Source of the DNA: Candidatus Jorgensenbacteria bacterium
GTDB taxonomy: Bacteria; Patescibacteriota; Minisyncoccia; UBA6257; GWB1-50-10
Assembly (NCBI GenBank): GCA_030648515.1
Contig: JAUSHK010000005.1
Location: 48,383-112,382, forward strand
Length of the DNA: 64,000 nucleotides
Direction: 5' to 3'
Part shown: positions 35,977 to 43,852 of the stretch, in pieces
Position numbering within the stretch: the first letter of the stretch is position 1
Layout: each line of letters begins with the position of its first letter
Notes under the pieces: generated by a model
The model's input: only the letters and a program-made list of their open reading frames with translations
What the model was told of the DNA's origin: nothing
Database searches by the model: none
Position numbers and translations under genes: made by a program

Positions 35977-36591
35977 TTATTTTCCAAAATTATTTCCGAC
36001 TTTTTCCCAGTTAACAATGTTCCACCAGTTTTCTATATATTCCGCCCGGCGGTTTTGATACTTAAGGTAATACGCGTGTTCCCACAAGTCGAGCGTGAGA
36101 AGCGGCATCTCTTTGATTGAAATCGGAGAATCCTGATTTGGCAAGGAATTTACCTTGAGTTTGCCAGCAGCATCGCGCGTGAGCCATGCCCAACCGCTTC
36201 CAAAATGCCCCGCGGCGACTTTCGTAAACTCCGATTTAAATACGTCAAAACCTCCGAATGTTTTTGTAATAGCTTCAAGCAGGACCCCTTGCGGCATTCC
36301 CCCGCCTCCCCCGCTAGCTGGCGGATTCATAACCGTCCAAAAAAATGAGTGGTTGAAATGACCGCCGCCATGGTTTTTAACCGCGGTACGGATGTCCTCA
36401 GGCATTGTCTCAAGCGACATAAGCAGCGATTCAACCGTCTGGCCCTCGAGCTCGGGGTGCTTCGCTATTGCCTCATTCAGCTTCGCCACGTAGGTCGCGT
36501 GGTGCTTCGCGTGATGCAATTCCATTGTTTGCGCGTCGATGTAAGGCTCAAGCGCGTTGTATGAGTATGGAAGTTTCGGAAGCTCGTACAT
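35977..36591 (-). CDS. sodA: Fe/Mn superoxide dismutase
   Basis: LPYSYNALEPYIDAQTMELHHAKHH (N-terminal His ligands) and DLWEHAYYLKYQNRR (C-terminal D...H). Confidence 0.9.
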   Translation of the reverse strand: MYELPKLPYSYNALEPYIDAQTMELHHAKHHATYVAKLNEAIAKHPELEGQTVESLLMSLETMPEDIRTAVKNHGGGHFNHSFFWTVMNPPASGGGGGMPQGVLLEAITKTFGGFDVFKSEFTKVAAGHFGSGWAWLTRDAAGKLKVNSLPNQDSPISIKEMPLLTLDLWEHAYYLKYQNRRAEYIENWWNIVNWEKVGNNFGK

Positions 36592-36598
36592 GATTATT

Positions 36599-36838
36599 TT
36601 ATCCGTTTATTCCGAGAAGCCCCTCAATATTGCTCTTATTAAAACCGATAACAATAGAGCCGTTGATTTCAATCACGGGCACGCCAAGCTGGCCCGTTTT
36701 TTTAATCATTTCCTCCTGCGCTTTTAAATCGCTTTCCACGTTCATTTCGCGATACTCTATGTTGTGCGACTTAAAAAACTCCTTCGCCATCTTGCAATAA
36801 ACACAGCTCGGTGTCGTATAAATGGTTACGTTCGGCAT
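36599..36838 (-). CDS. Glutaredoxin-family small redox protein (NrdH/Grx-like)
   Basis: CVYC active-site motif at residues 12-15 in a 79-aa thioredoxin-fold sized protein. Confidence 0.7.
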   Translation of the reverse strand: MPNVTIYTTPSCVYCKMAKEFFKSHNIEYREMNVESDLKAQEEMIKKTGQLGVPVIEINGSIVIGFNKSNIEGLLGING

Positions 36839-36893
36839 ATAAAATTCTTTTGATTAATAATTAATTTTTCGACCGATATATAGTATACACTAT

Positions 36894-38567
36894 TTATTTA
36901 GTCATTTTCCGAAAGAGCGCTAGGTCGTGTTCTTTAAGCTGCCTTAAGATTTTCATATCAGGATCAATGGCAATGGTTTTCCCGAGGTACTGTCCGGAAG
37001 TGAAGTGCGGTAAAAGCACGTAGTCGGCGCCGGCCTTATAAAGCGTGCGCGCGTCTTCTTCGGTTTCCGCCCGTATAATTGTTTTCGGGCGGCCCTTGCG
37101 CCTTGAAAGCTCTGATAGCAGCGTGAGATTGTTTTCAAGGTCGGGACTTGTCGAGATTATCAAATTCGCATCCTTCGTGTTTGCCTTTTCGAAAATCTCC
37201 GCGTCTTCAATATCGCCAAACAAACATTCGTACCCGCGCTCGCTCATCGCGCGAATCACGTCCGGATCAAAATCAACAATGAGCAGGCCTTTTTTGGGCA
37301 AGCTCATTGCGATACTTTCCCCCGTCCGATGGCACCCTATAAGAATAATCGGTTTATGAAACTCTTCTTCTGGTACACTAAACTCGGATGTTTTCTTTCG
37401 CTCAAAAATCCGCAGGAGCGGGTGAATATGCTTAAAAATGGCGTCCGAATGTGTAATGAGATACGTCGAAAGGGCAATGGTAATAATGCCGACCATGGTG
37501 ATGAGCGCTACTACATTCTCAGAAATATGCCCAATCTTAAGCCCGAGCGCCGCAAGCACCAAACTGAATTCAGAAATCTGCGCGACAGTCACGCCGGCAA
37601 AGAAGCTTGTCCGGCGCCGATATCCCATAGCGCCCATAAGGACGAGAACTATGATTGGATTCCCTATCAAAACAAACAGAGAAAACACAATTACTGGAAT
37701 TGTAAGCCCCCCAAAGTTTGACAACACAATGGAAGAGCCGAGAATTACGAAGAAAATGAGGAGGAAGAAGTCGCGGAGCGGTTTTACGCGGCTCGCGATT
37801 TGAAAATGCTCTGATGAATTTGCGAGCGCGAGGCCCGCAAGAAATCCGGCTATCTCAACGGAAAATCCTATCCAGTACGCACCCGCCGCAACCAAAAACA
37901 GCCACGCGAGAGAAATTAAAAAAAGAAGTTCCTGTGAGTGCGCGACGTAGCCGAATATTCGCGGAAGAATTTTTCTCCCGAGAAGAAGCATGATGATTAA
38001 AAGTCCTACACCTTTTCCGATTGTCGCGAATGCCTGGACTGCCAAGTGCCCGCCGCCAGACGCGAGACCAGCTAAAAAAATCAAAAGAATCGCCGCCACA
38101 AAATCCTGCACAAGGAGAAAACCGACTGCGATTTTCCCATATAAGCTGTTAAGGTCTTTTTTGTCGGACAAGAGCTTTACGACAATAACCGTACTTGAAA
38201 ACGTGAGAGCTATCGCAATATAGAGCGCTGGAACCATTGAAAAACCGAATGCCACAGCGATGAGATATCCAATTGCGGCGGTAAATATGATTTGTCCTAA
38301 TCCGACGATAATTGAAGTTTTCCCTACAAGGCGCAACGCTGCGTAATTGATTTCAAGCCCGACCAAAAAAAGCAGAAACATTATCCCTAGATTTGAGAAA
38401 ACGGAAAACACCTCGTTATTTACAAGGTTCAGCGCGCCGAGCGAACCGATTACGATTCCAGTCAAAAGATACGCGAGTATAATCGGCTGGCGCAAAAGTT
38501 TTGCGATTACACCAAGAACCGAGGCAATGAGTATGATAACCGCGAGTTCAAAAATTCCCGATGCCAT
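36894..38567 (-). CDS. Monovalent cation:proton antiporter-2 (CPA2, KefB-like) with C-terminal RCK/TrkA-N domain
   Basis: 12-13 TM Na_H_Exchanger core, then a Rossmann GxGxxG-type region (ILIGCHRTGESIA). Confidence 0.8.
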   Translation of the reverse strand: MASGIFELAVIILIASVLGVIAKLLRQPIILAYLLTGIVIGSLGALNLVNNEVFSVFSNLGIMFLLFLVGLEINYAALRLVGKTSIIVGLGQIIFTAAIGYLIAVAFGFSMVPALYIAIALTFSSTVIVVKLLSDKKDLNSLYGKIAVGFLLVQDFVAAILLIFLAGLASGGGHLAVQAFATIGKGVGLLIIMLLLGRKILPRIFGYVAHSQELLFLISLAWLFLVAAGAYWIGFSVEIAGFLAGLALANSSEHFQIASRVKPLRDFFLLIFFVILGSSIVLSNFGGLTIPVIVFSLFVLIGNPIIVLVLMGAMGYRRRTSFFAGVTVAQISEFSLVLAALGLKIGHISENVVALITMVGIITIALSTYLITHSDAIFKHIHPLLRIFERKKTSEFSVPEEEFHKPIILIGCHRTGESIAMSLPKKGLLIVDFDPDVIRAMSERGYECLFGDIEDAEIFEKANTKDANLIISTSPDLENNLTLLSELSRRKGRPKTIIRAETEEDARTLYKAGADYVLLPHFTSGQYLGKTIAIDPDMKILRQLKEHDLALFRKMTK

Positions 38568-38640
38568 ATATGACTAATGATAACAAATAGGATTGCGCTC
38601 TCCGTAAAACAACGCCGCTTCTTGTGCTATCCTTTAAGCA

Positions 38641-39189
38641 ATGGGAATTTTTTATACTGGAAAGGGCGATAAAGGGAAAAGCATTATCGGGAAAAGGAAA
38701 GTGGATAAGACCTGCCTTGAGATTTCCGCGCTCGGGGATTTGGATGAGCTAAATTGCCTGCTTGGCGCGGTTCGGAACGAGAAGCTCCTCCCCTACCACA
38801 AAAAAGTAATCAGCGAGGTTCAGGAGAACCTCTTTATCATTCAGGCAAATGTTGCGGGCGCAACGTTGTTTTACGGAGAACACAAGAGCCCCGATTTTCC
38901 AGCAGGAAAAATAACAGAGATTGAAAAAATAATTGACGGGCTTGAGCGCGAGATAAAACCGGCAAAAAAGTTTGTTATACCGGGCGAGACGCGCGAGTCA
39001 GCGTGGCTTGATGTCGCGCGCACGGTTTCTCGCCGCGTTGAGCGCGAGGTTTTGAAAGTGCACAAGAAACGCCCGCTTCCACCCACAATTCCCGCTTACC
39101 TCAATCGCCTTTCGAGTTTGCTCTTCGCGCTCGCGCGCGCCGAAGCAAAACGTGTCGGCAAAAAAGAGCGGCATCCGAGATATAAATAA
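38641..39189 (+). CDS. PduO-type ATP:cob(I)alamin adenosyltransferase family protein (MMAB-like)
   Basis: MGIFYTGKGDKGKS N-terminal motif and helical-bundle size (182 aa) typical of PF01923. Confidence 0.65.
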   Translation: MGIFYTGKGDKGKSIIGKRKVDKTCLEISALGDLDELNCLLGAVRNEKLLPYHKKVISEVQENLFIIQANVAGATLFYGEHKSPDFPAGKITEIEKIIDGLEREIKPAKKFVIPGETRESAWLDVARTVSRRVEREVLKVHKKRPLPPTIPAYLNRLSSLLFALARAEAKRVGKKERHPRYK

Positions 39190-39190
39190 T

Positions 39191-40606
39191 TTAATTGATG
39201 GCTGGAAATTGTTTTTCTGCTGATTTGGGGATTAACTCAACGAGGCCGTCCAAGTCGCCGGAGGTTAATATAAGGATCGCGTCGTCCGCCTTCCATTCAT
39301 TTTGAATCAGCTTTAATCCTTCTTTGACATCCTCAAACCCCGTGACTTTTGTGCCAGACTTTTTCACGCGATTTACTATGTCACCTAGTGTGAGTTGATT
39401 ATGGGTTGCGGCGCCCTGCAAGGGCGGTTTGTAAATAAATACTTTATCCGCGCCTTCAAAAACATTGTCGTACTGGCTAATGTAGTCACTGTTTCGCCAA
39501 CTGAACGTGTGCGGCTCAAAAATTATAATCAGCCGTTTATCAGGATAATGAAGCTTTATTGCCTCAATCGCTGCGCGGGCTTTTGTAAACGACGAACCGA
39601 ACCCCTCGTATATTTTAAGCGTGGTTTTTTCGGACTTCAGGTCAAGGCGGCGCGCGAGCGTCTGAAACGTTTCAACCCCGCTTGCTAGTTCTTCGGTAGT
39701 AACCGCGTTTTCGGAAAGCAGAAGCGCCGAGACACCGATAATGTTTTCTATATTATGTTTGCCAAGAAGGCCTGTTTTGAGTGAGACAATCTTTTTTCCA
39801 TTGTGAACAAGATTAAAAAATGTTTGCGCGCCGTATTGTATGTCTTGAGCAGTCCAGTCAGCTGAATTTTTTAATCCATACGTTACCGCGCCCGGAAAAT
39901 TTTTATCTATAAATTCACGGACATTTTCTCCATCAACACACGCTATGAGTTTGCCTTCCCTAGGAATCATCTTAACGAGTTTTGAGAACGGCTCTAAGTA
40001 GCTTTCAAGTGTTTTAAATACGTTTACATGGTCATGGACCAAAGAAGTCAGAAGAACGTGCTTTGGGTTGTAATACAAAAATTTTGAAGATGTGTCCCAG
40101 TTTGATGCTGGGTACTCATCCCCCTCCAAAACAAAATACCGCCCCTTGCCCAAGCGCGAGCTGCTGTCAGGCGTTTTAGGCACGGCGCCTATGAAGTAGC
40201 TTGGGTCTTTCAGGGCGCGTTCCAGACACCACGCGGCGAGCGCGGTACAAGTTGATTTTGCGTAACTGCCGACGATTATCATATTCTCCGTTTCTTTCGT
40301 AAGTTCGCTTAAAACTTCAGGAAATGATTTGACTGTGATTCCGCTTTCGAAAGCCGCTTTTACTTCTTTGTTGTCTTCCGGCGTGAGTTTTGCGTTCCTG
40401 CCGATAACAATCATATCGGTGTCTTTAGGGATATTGTTTTCTGAATAGTACGGGACGCACGGAATGCCGAGCTCCGTTAGATATGCACTCACGGGAGGAT
40501 AGAACCCCTCGTCCGAGCCGGAAATCTGCCACCCTTTTGATTTCAAGAGATTTGCGACCGCGCTCATGCCGGCCCCGCAAATTCCTATAAAATAAGCTTT
40601 CTTCAT
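39191..40606 (-). CDS. Mur ligase family protein, MurC/Mpl-like (UDP-N-acetylmuramate-L-alanine or -tripeptide ligase)
   Basis: N-terminal YFIGICGAGMSAVANLLKSKGWQISGSD matches the MurC/Mpl Rossmann start. 471 aa. Confidence 0.65.
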   Translation of the reverse strand: MKKAYFIGICGAGMSAVANLLKSKGWQISGSDEGFYPPVSAYLTELGIPCVPYYSENNIPKDTDMIVIGRNAKLTPEDNKEVKAAFESGITVKSFPEVLSELTKETENMIIVGSYAKSTCTALAAWCLERALKDPSYFIGAVPKTPDSSSRLGKGRYFVLEGDEYPASNWDTSSKFLYYNPKHVLLTSLVHDHVNVFKTLESYLEPFSKLVKMIPREGKLIACVDGENVREFIDKNFPGAVTYGLKNSADWTAQDIQYGAQTFFNLVHNGKKIVSLKTGLLGKHNIENIIGVSALLLSENAVTTEELASGVETFQTLARRLDLKSEKTTLKIYEGFGSSFTKARAAIEAIKLHYPDKRLIIIFEPHTFSWRNSDYISQYDNVFEGADKVFIYKPPLQGAATHNQLTLGDIVNRVKKSGTKVTGFEDVKEGLKLIQNEWKADDAILILTSGDLDGLVELIPKSAEKQFPAIN

Positions 40607-40608
40607 GT

Positions 40609-41367
40609 TTATAAATCAAAGGTTTTGAGCCCGCCTTTCCAAATGTCGCGCAAGCCGATGATTCGGTTGTTGTCCTCGCGCCCGAGCTGTTTAATTTTTT
40701 TAATATCAGCTGTCCAGTTGTCACCATTCCAATATTCAATGTTTTCAAAAGCGGTTTTATATAATGCCTTTTGGCCATAGACCGTACCGACATAAAAATA
40801 CTCAGCTCCGCGAGTTTTCGCCTGCCGCGCGCTATCAACCATAAGCCACGTGCCGAGCGATTGATTTGCCAGCGACAAATCATAGAAAGAAAACCAAAAG
40901 TGGGTCATTCGCCCGTCAGAAACTTCAAATACGTACGCGACCGGCTCGGTTTTGTTTTTGTAAGAAACGATATTGGCGATGATTCCTGAATTCAAAATTG
41001 TTTTCAGGCGCTCAAGAGGCATTACGCCAGGGCCGTGTCGTTTTAAGAAATATTCAGTGCAAAATGAAAGAAAAGAATCATCGTCCGTTTTAAATTGATT
41101 TATCGGAGTAGAAGTTCTCTCGAAACTTCCGTCAAATTTCCCCGCTACTCGCCTGTTCTCACTTGACATATTGAATGAATTCAGCGGCACTCTGGCGCTC
41201 CGCGCCATGTAGAAAATATTTTTTGCTTCCGGACTGCCAGAGTACGGCAAATAGCCAAGATTGTATATGTCCGAAAGCTTGTCGTTTTCTTCACGGACGC
41301 AGTAATTGGCGTACGCAAAAGTATATGTATTGTAATTGTGGCCGGTTTCGCTTGAAAATATTTTCAT
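40609..41367 (-). CDS. Arginyl/leucyl-tRNA-protein transferase family protein (Bpt / ATE_C domain)
   Basis: HFWFSFYDLSLANQSLGTWLMVDSARQAKTRGAEYFYVGTVYGQKALYKTAF matches the ATE_C core (VYFFYDP..SLG ... YYYLGY.I..C.KM.YK..F). 2-nt gap to the upstream mur ligase. Confidence 0.5.
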   Translation of the reverse strand: MKIFSSETGHNYNTYTFAYANYCVREENDKLSDIYNLGYLPYSGSPEAKNIFYMARSARVPLNSFNMSSENRRVAGKFDGSFERTSTPINQFKTDDDSFLSFCTEYFLKRHGPGVMPLERLKTILNSGIIANIVSYKNKTEPVAYVFEVSDGRMTHFWFSFYDLSLANQSLGTWLMVDSARQAKTRGAEYFYVGTVYGQKALYKTAFENIEYWNGDNWTADIKKIKQLGREDNNRIIGLRDIWKGGLKTFDL

Positions 41368-41407
41368 AGATTATTTTTCTCCTGCGATTTCAAACACCTC
41401 GCTTAAT

Positions 41408-41602
41408 TTATAAAAAGTATGTTTTGTAAACAATCGTTCCGTCGATTAAAAGCCCGAGTATTCCTATTACAAGTAATAGTACAAAAACCCATCTTGGTAT
41501 ACGCTTTTTAGTTTTAATCGCCCGCACCGATTCGATTGTAATAAATAAAAACACGGCGATTCCAAAAAGATCAAAAAATTCTGGCCGGATAAATGATGGC
41601 AT
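41408..41602 (-). CDS. Small 2-TM membrane protein
   Basis: 64-aa hydrophobic ORF. Confidence 0.3.
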   Translation of the reverse strand: MPSFIRPEFFDLFGIAVFLFITIESVRAIKTKKRIPRWVFVLLLVIGILGLLIDGTIVYKTYFL

Positions 41603-41609
41603 AAGGATT

Positions 41610-41686
41610 TGGTGGACCCGGGGAGATTTGGACTCCCGACCTCCTCATTGCAAATGAGGCGCTCTACCAGGCTAAGCTACGGGCCC
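41610..41686 (-). tRNA. tRNA-Ala (anticodon TGC), CCA encoded
   Basis: Hand-folded: acceptor GGGCCCG/CGGGTCC with the G3-U70 wobble that is the alanine identity element. 9-nt D loop. Anticodon stem CCTCA/TGAGG with loop TTTGCAA. T stem GGGAG/CTCCC; T loop TCCAAAT has C at position 55. Confidence 0.6.
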
Positions 41687-41765
41687 TAACACCAATTGAG
41701 GATAAATTAAAATTCCCTTTCTGTGAAGACCTCGATTGGTGTGGGAACAGGCCCTCTTTTATATG

Positions 41766-41837
41766 TGGGTGTGGAAGGAATCGAACCTTCGACTTCTGTC
41801 TTATCAGGACAGCGTTCTACCACTGAACTACACACCC
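41766..41837 (-). tRNA. tRNA-Ile (anticodon GAT)
   Basis: Hand-folded canonical cloverleaf: GGGTGTG/CACACCC acceptor, D loop AGTGGTA, anticodon loop CTGATAA, T loop TTCGATT, discriminator A. No encoded CCA. Confidence 0.75.
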
Positions 41838-41887
41838 GGCAAAACCGGGTAAATTAATGAGGTAATCTAACCACCAGCCGCTAATTA

Positions 41888-42103
41888 CTAGCCTCCTAAA
41901 TTTAACTTTTCAAACCCCTTAATGTCAAACTGCTTTGTTGGCGGCGGAGGCGTCGTCACGTTTAATACGCCACTCAGGTTTGAAACGAGGAATGTAAGAA
42001 GATAGGCGCATATCCCGATTGTAATGAGCCCAAGAAGAACGGCTCCCGTGAGAAATATTGCCTGATGATCAAGTTTTGCGTTCCATTTTTTAAGTTTCTC
42101 CAT
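41888..42103 (-). CDS. Small membrane protein (possible pilus-assembly accessory)
   Basis: 71-aa ORF with one TM and a Pro-rich stretch, upstream of the PilO-like gene. Confidence 0.3.
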   Translation of the reverse strand: MEKLKKWNAKLDHQAIFLTGAVLLGLITIGICAYLLTFLVSNLSGVLNVTTPPPPTKQFDIKGFEKLNLGG

Positions 42104-42224
42104 CCCATTAGAGACAGGAAGCGCTTTGCGCGATTCCTGGCATAGTATTATTTCCCATAACCTTTTCTTTTATTGTACATGATGTTGGCATAGAACATTA
42201 TCGTCTCTAACGGGACAAGTACCA

Positions 42225-42749
42225 TTATTTTTGAAAAAAGATTTTCCCGCGGATTGAAACGTTATTCCCCCCGTCTTTCGTGCGGCCGACAGCAAAACTT
42301 TCAAGCCGCGTGAGATACCGGAATTGCTCCAAGCTTTTTACAAATATTTCAATGCCTTGAATATCCCCGTCGGCCTGAAGGCGAAAACTCACGGCCCCTA
42401 AGCCACTTCCACTAACGGAGTTTTCTCCGGTAAAAGCGAACGTATGATTAACGCCGGCTTGTGTCGCTAGAACCTGAAAATCGCGCGAGATATTAAAGAG
42501 ATCCGCCTCGCGCGGTATCGCGCCGTTTATCATAAGCGAGTAATCCTTCGCTTTTTTATATTGCGACTCCAAACTAGCAAGCTCTCCTAGAGACGCGCTC
42601 CGCGACGCAAGCTCGCTTCTGGCAGTAATGAGATCCCTGCCGTTCGTTCCGATACTGCTTGCAAAAACCGCGATTCCAATTGCCAGTAAAATTATTGCGA
42701 CTCCCGCAATTGAAACCTGTATAGTGAGCTTTTTTTGAAAGGCCGTCAT
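42225..42749 (-). CDS. PilO-like type IV pilus assembly protein (N-terminal TM, coiled coil, ferredoxin-like C-terminal domain)
   Basis: Architecture and size (174 aa) only; no strict motif. Adjacent to dprA. Confidence 0.35.
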   Translation of the reverse strand: MTAFQKKLTIQVSIAGVAIILLAIGIAVFASSIGTNGRDLITARSELASRSASLGELASLESQYKKAKDYSLMINGAIPREADLFNISRDFQVLATQAGVNHTFAFTGENSVSGSGLGAVSFRLQADGDIQGIEIFVKSLEQFRYLTRLESFAVGRTKDGGNNVSIRGKIFFQK

Positions 42750-42802
42750 GAGACAAGTGTATAATGAATTGAAATCGCTTCATTCCATTTTACCACATTA
42801 GA

Positions 42803-43666
42803 GTGACGCAAAACATTTTTTCAATAACAGCGAACGACGCATTATATCCTCCGCTTCTCCGCGAAATTCCGGGCGCTCCGCAGAAGTTGTATTATCGCGG
42901 TGAAATACCCCGCGCGTGGACGCACACCGTTGCGATTGTCGGCACGCGCAAAGCGACGCGCGATGGCATTCTAACCGCACGTGAGATTGCGCGCGATCTT
43001 GCTTCCCGCGGCGTTCTCATTATAAGCGGCCTCGCGCTAGGAATTGATGCCGCGGCGCACGAAGGGGCGCTTGCGGGCGGAGGGAAGACGTATGCGGTCC
43101 TCGCGAACGGACTTGATACCATTTATCCGCCAAGCCACGAGTCGCTCGCAAGACAAATTCTTGAAACCGGCGGATGCATCTTTTCCGAATATCCAGAAGG
43201 AACGCCGAGCTATCCAAGCCAGTTTCTTGAGCGCAACCGCATTGTAAGCGGTTTATCGCTCGCAACCGTGGTTATTGAGGCGCCTGAGCGTTCTGGGGCG
43301 CTTGTAACCGCACGCAACGCGATTGAACAGGGGCGTGACGTGTTTATCATCCCCGGGCCGGTTCATCACAGCAACTACCGTGGGTCGCATTTTTTGGTCC
43401 GCGAGGGCGCGCGGCTTGTTACGTCCGCCGAAGATATTATTCGCGATTTAGGCATTGAAGCGCAAAAGAAATTGCCAGAGTTCTCTAGCGAGCAAGTTAA
43501 AGTTTTTTCCGTAATAAAAGAACAAAAAGTACCGCTTGACGTTGACAGAATCGCAGAATTGGTTACACTAGAACCTCACGTTGTGCAAAGCGCACTTACT
43601 TTTCTCTCTCTTGAGGGTTATATTGAAGAAGCGAGCGGAAAGTTTTGTATAACAAAAACATTATGA
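42803..43666 (+). CDS. dprA: DNA processing protein A (DprA/Smf)
   Basis: SLOG/Rossmann core VAIVGTRKAT ... IISGLALGIDAAAHEGAL ... ERNRIVSGLS ... IEAPERSGALVTAR. Confidence 0.85.
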   Translation: MTQNIFSITANDALYPPLLREIPGAPQKLYYRGEIPRAWTHTVAIVGTRKATRDGILTAREIARDLASRGVLIISGLALGIDAAAHEGALAGGGKTYAVLANGLDTIYPPSHESLARQILETGGCIFSEYPEGTPSYPSQFLERNRIVSGLSLATVVIEAPERSGALVTARNAIEQGRDVFIIPGPVHHSNYRGSHFLVREGARLVTSAEDIIRDLGIEAQKKLPEFSSEQVKVFSVIKEQKVPLDVDRIAELVTLEPHVVQSALTFLSLEGYIEEASGKFCITKTL

Positions 43667-43852
43667 ATCCCGTTAGAGAAGATACTGTGCTATATCTATG
43701 CCTTATACAATAACCAAGACCAAAAATAACATACTCATCATGCTCAGCATATACGGAAGCGCCTTTCTAAACGCGATTGATATTTTTATTGCGAAAGGTT
43801 CGAACAAGTACCATATCAGGAATCGCGTAAGGCGCTTCCTTTCTCTAACGGG

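Noticed and set aside
40425-40883. 152-aa minus-strand ORF spanning the mur-ligase / Bpt junction
   Set aside because: It is in an alternative frame and overlaps the 3' end of one well-supported gene and the 5' end of another. No motif.
41610-41686. Initial reading of this tRNA as tRNA-Cys (GCA)
   Set aside because: Re-registering the anticodon arm as a 5-bp stem (CCTCA/TGAGG) with a 7-nt loop TTTGCAA gives anticodon TGC. The G3-U70 pair confirms alanine identity. The Cys reading required a 5-nt loop.
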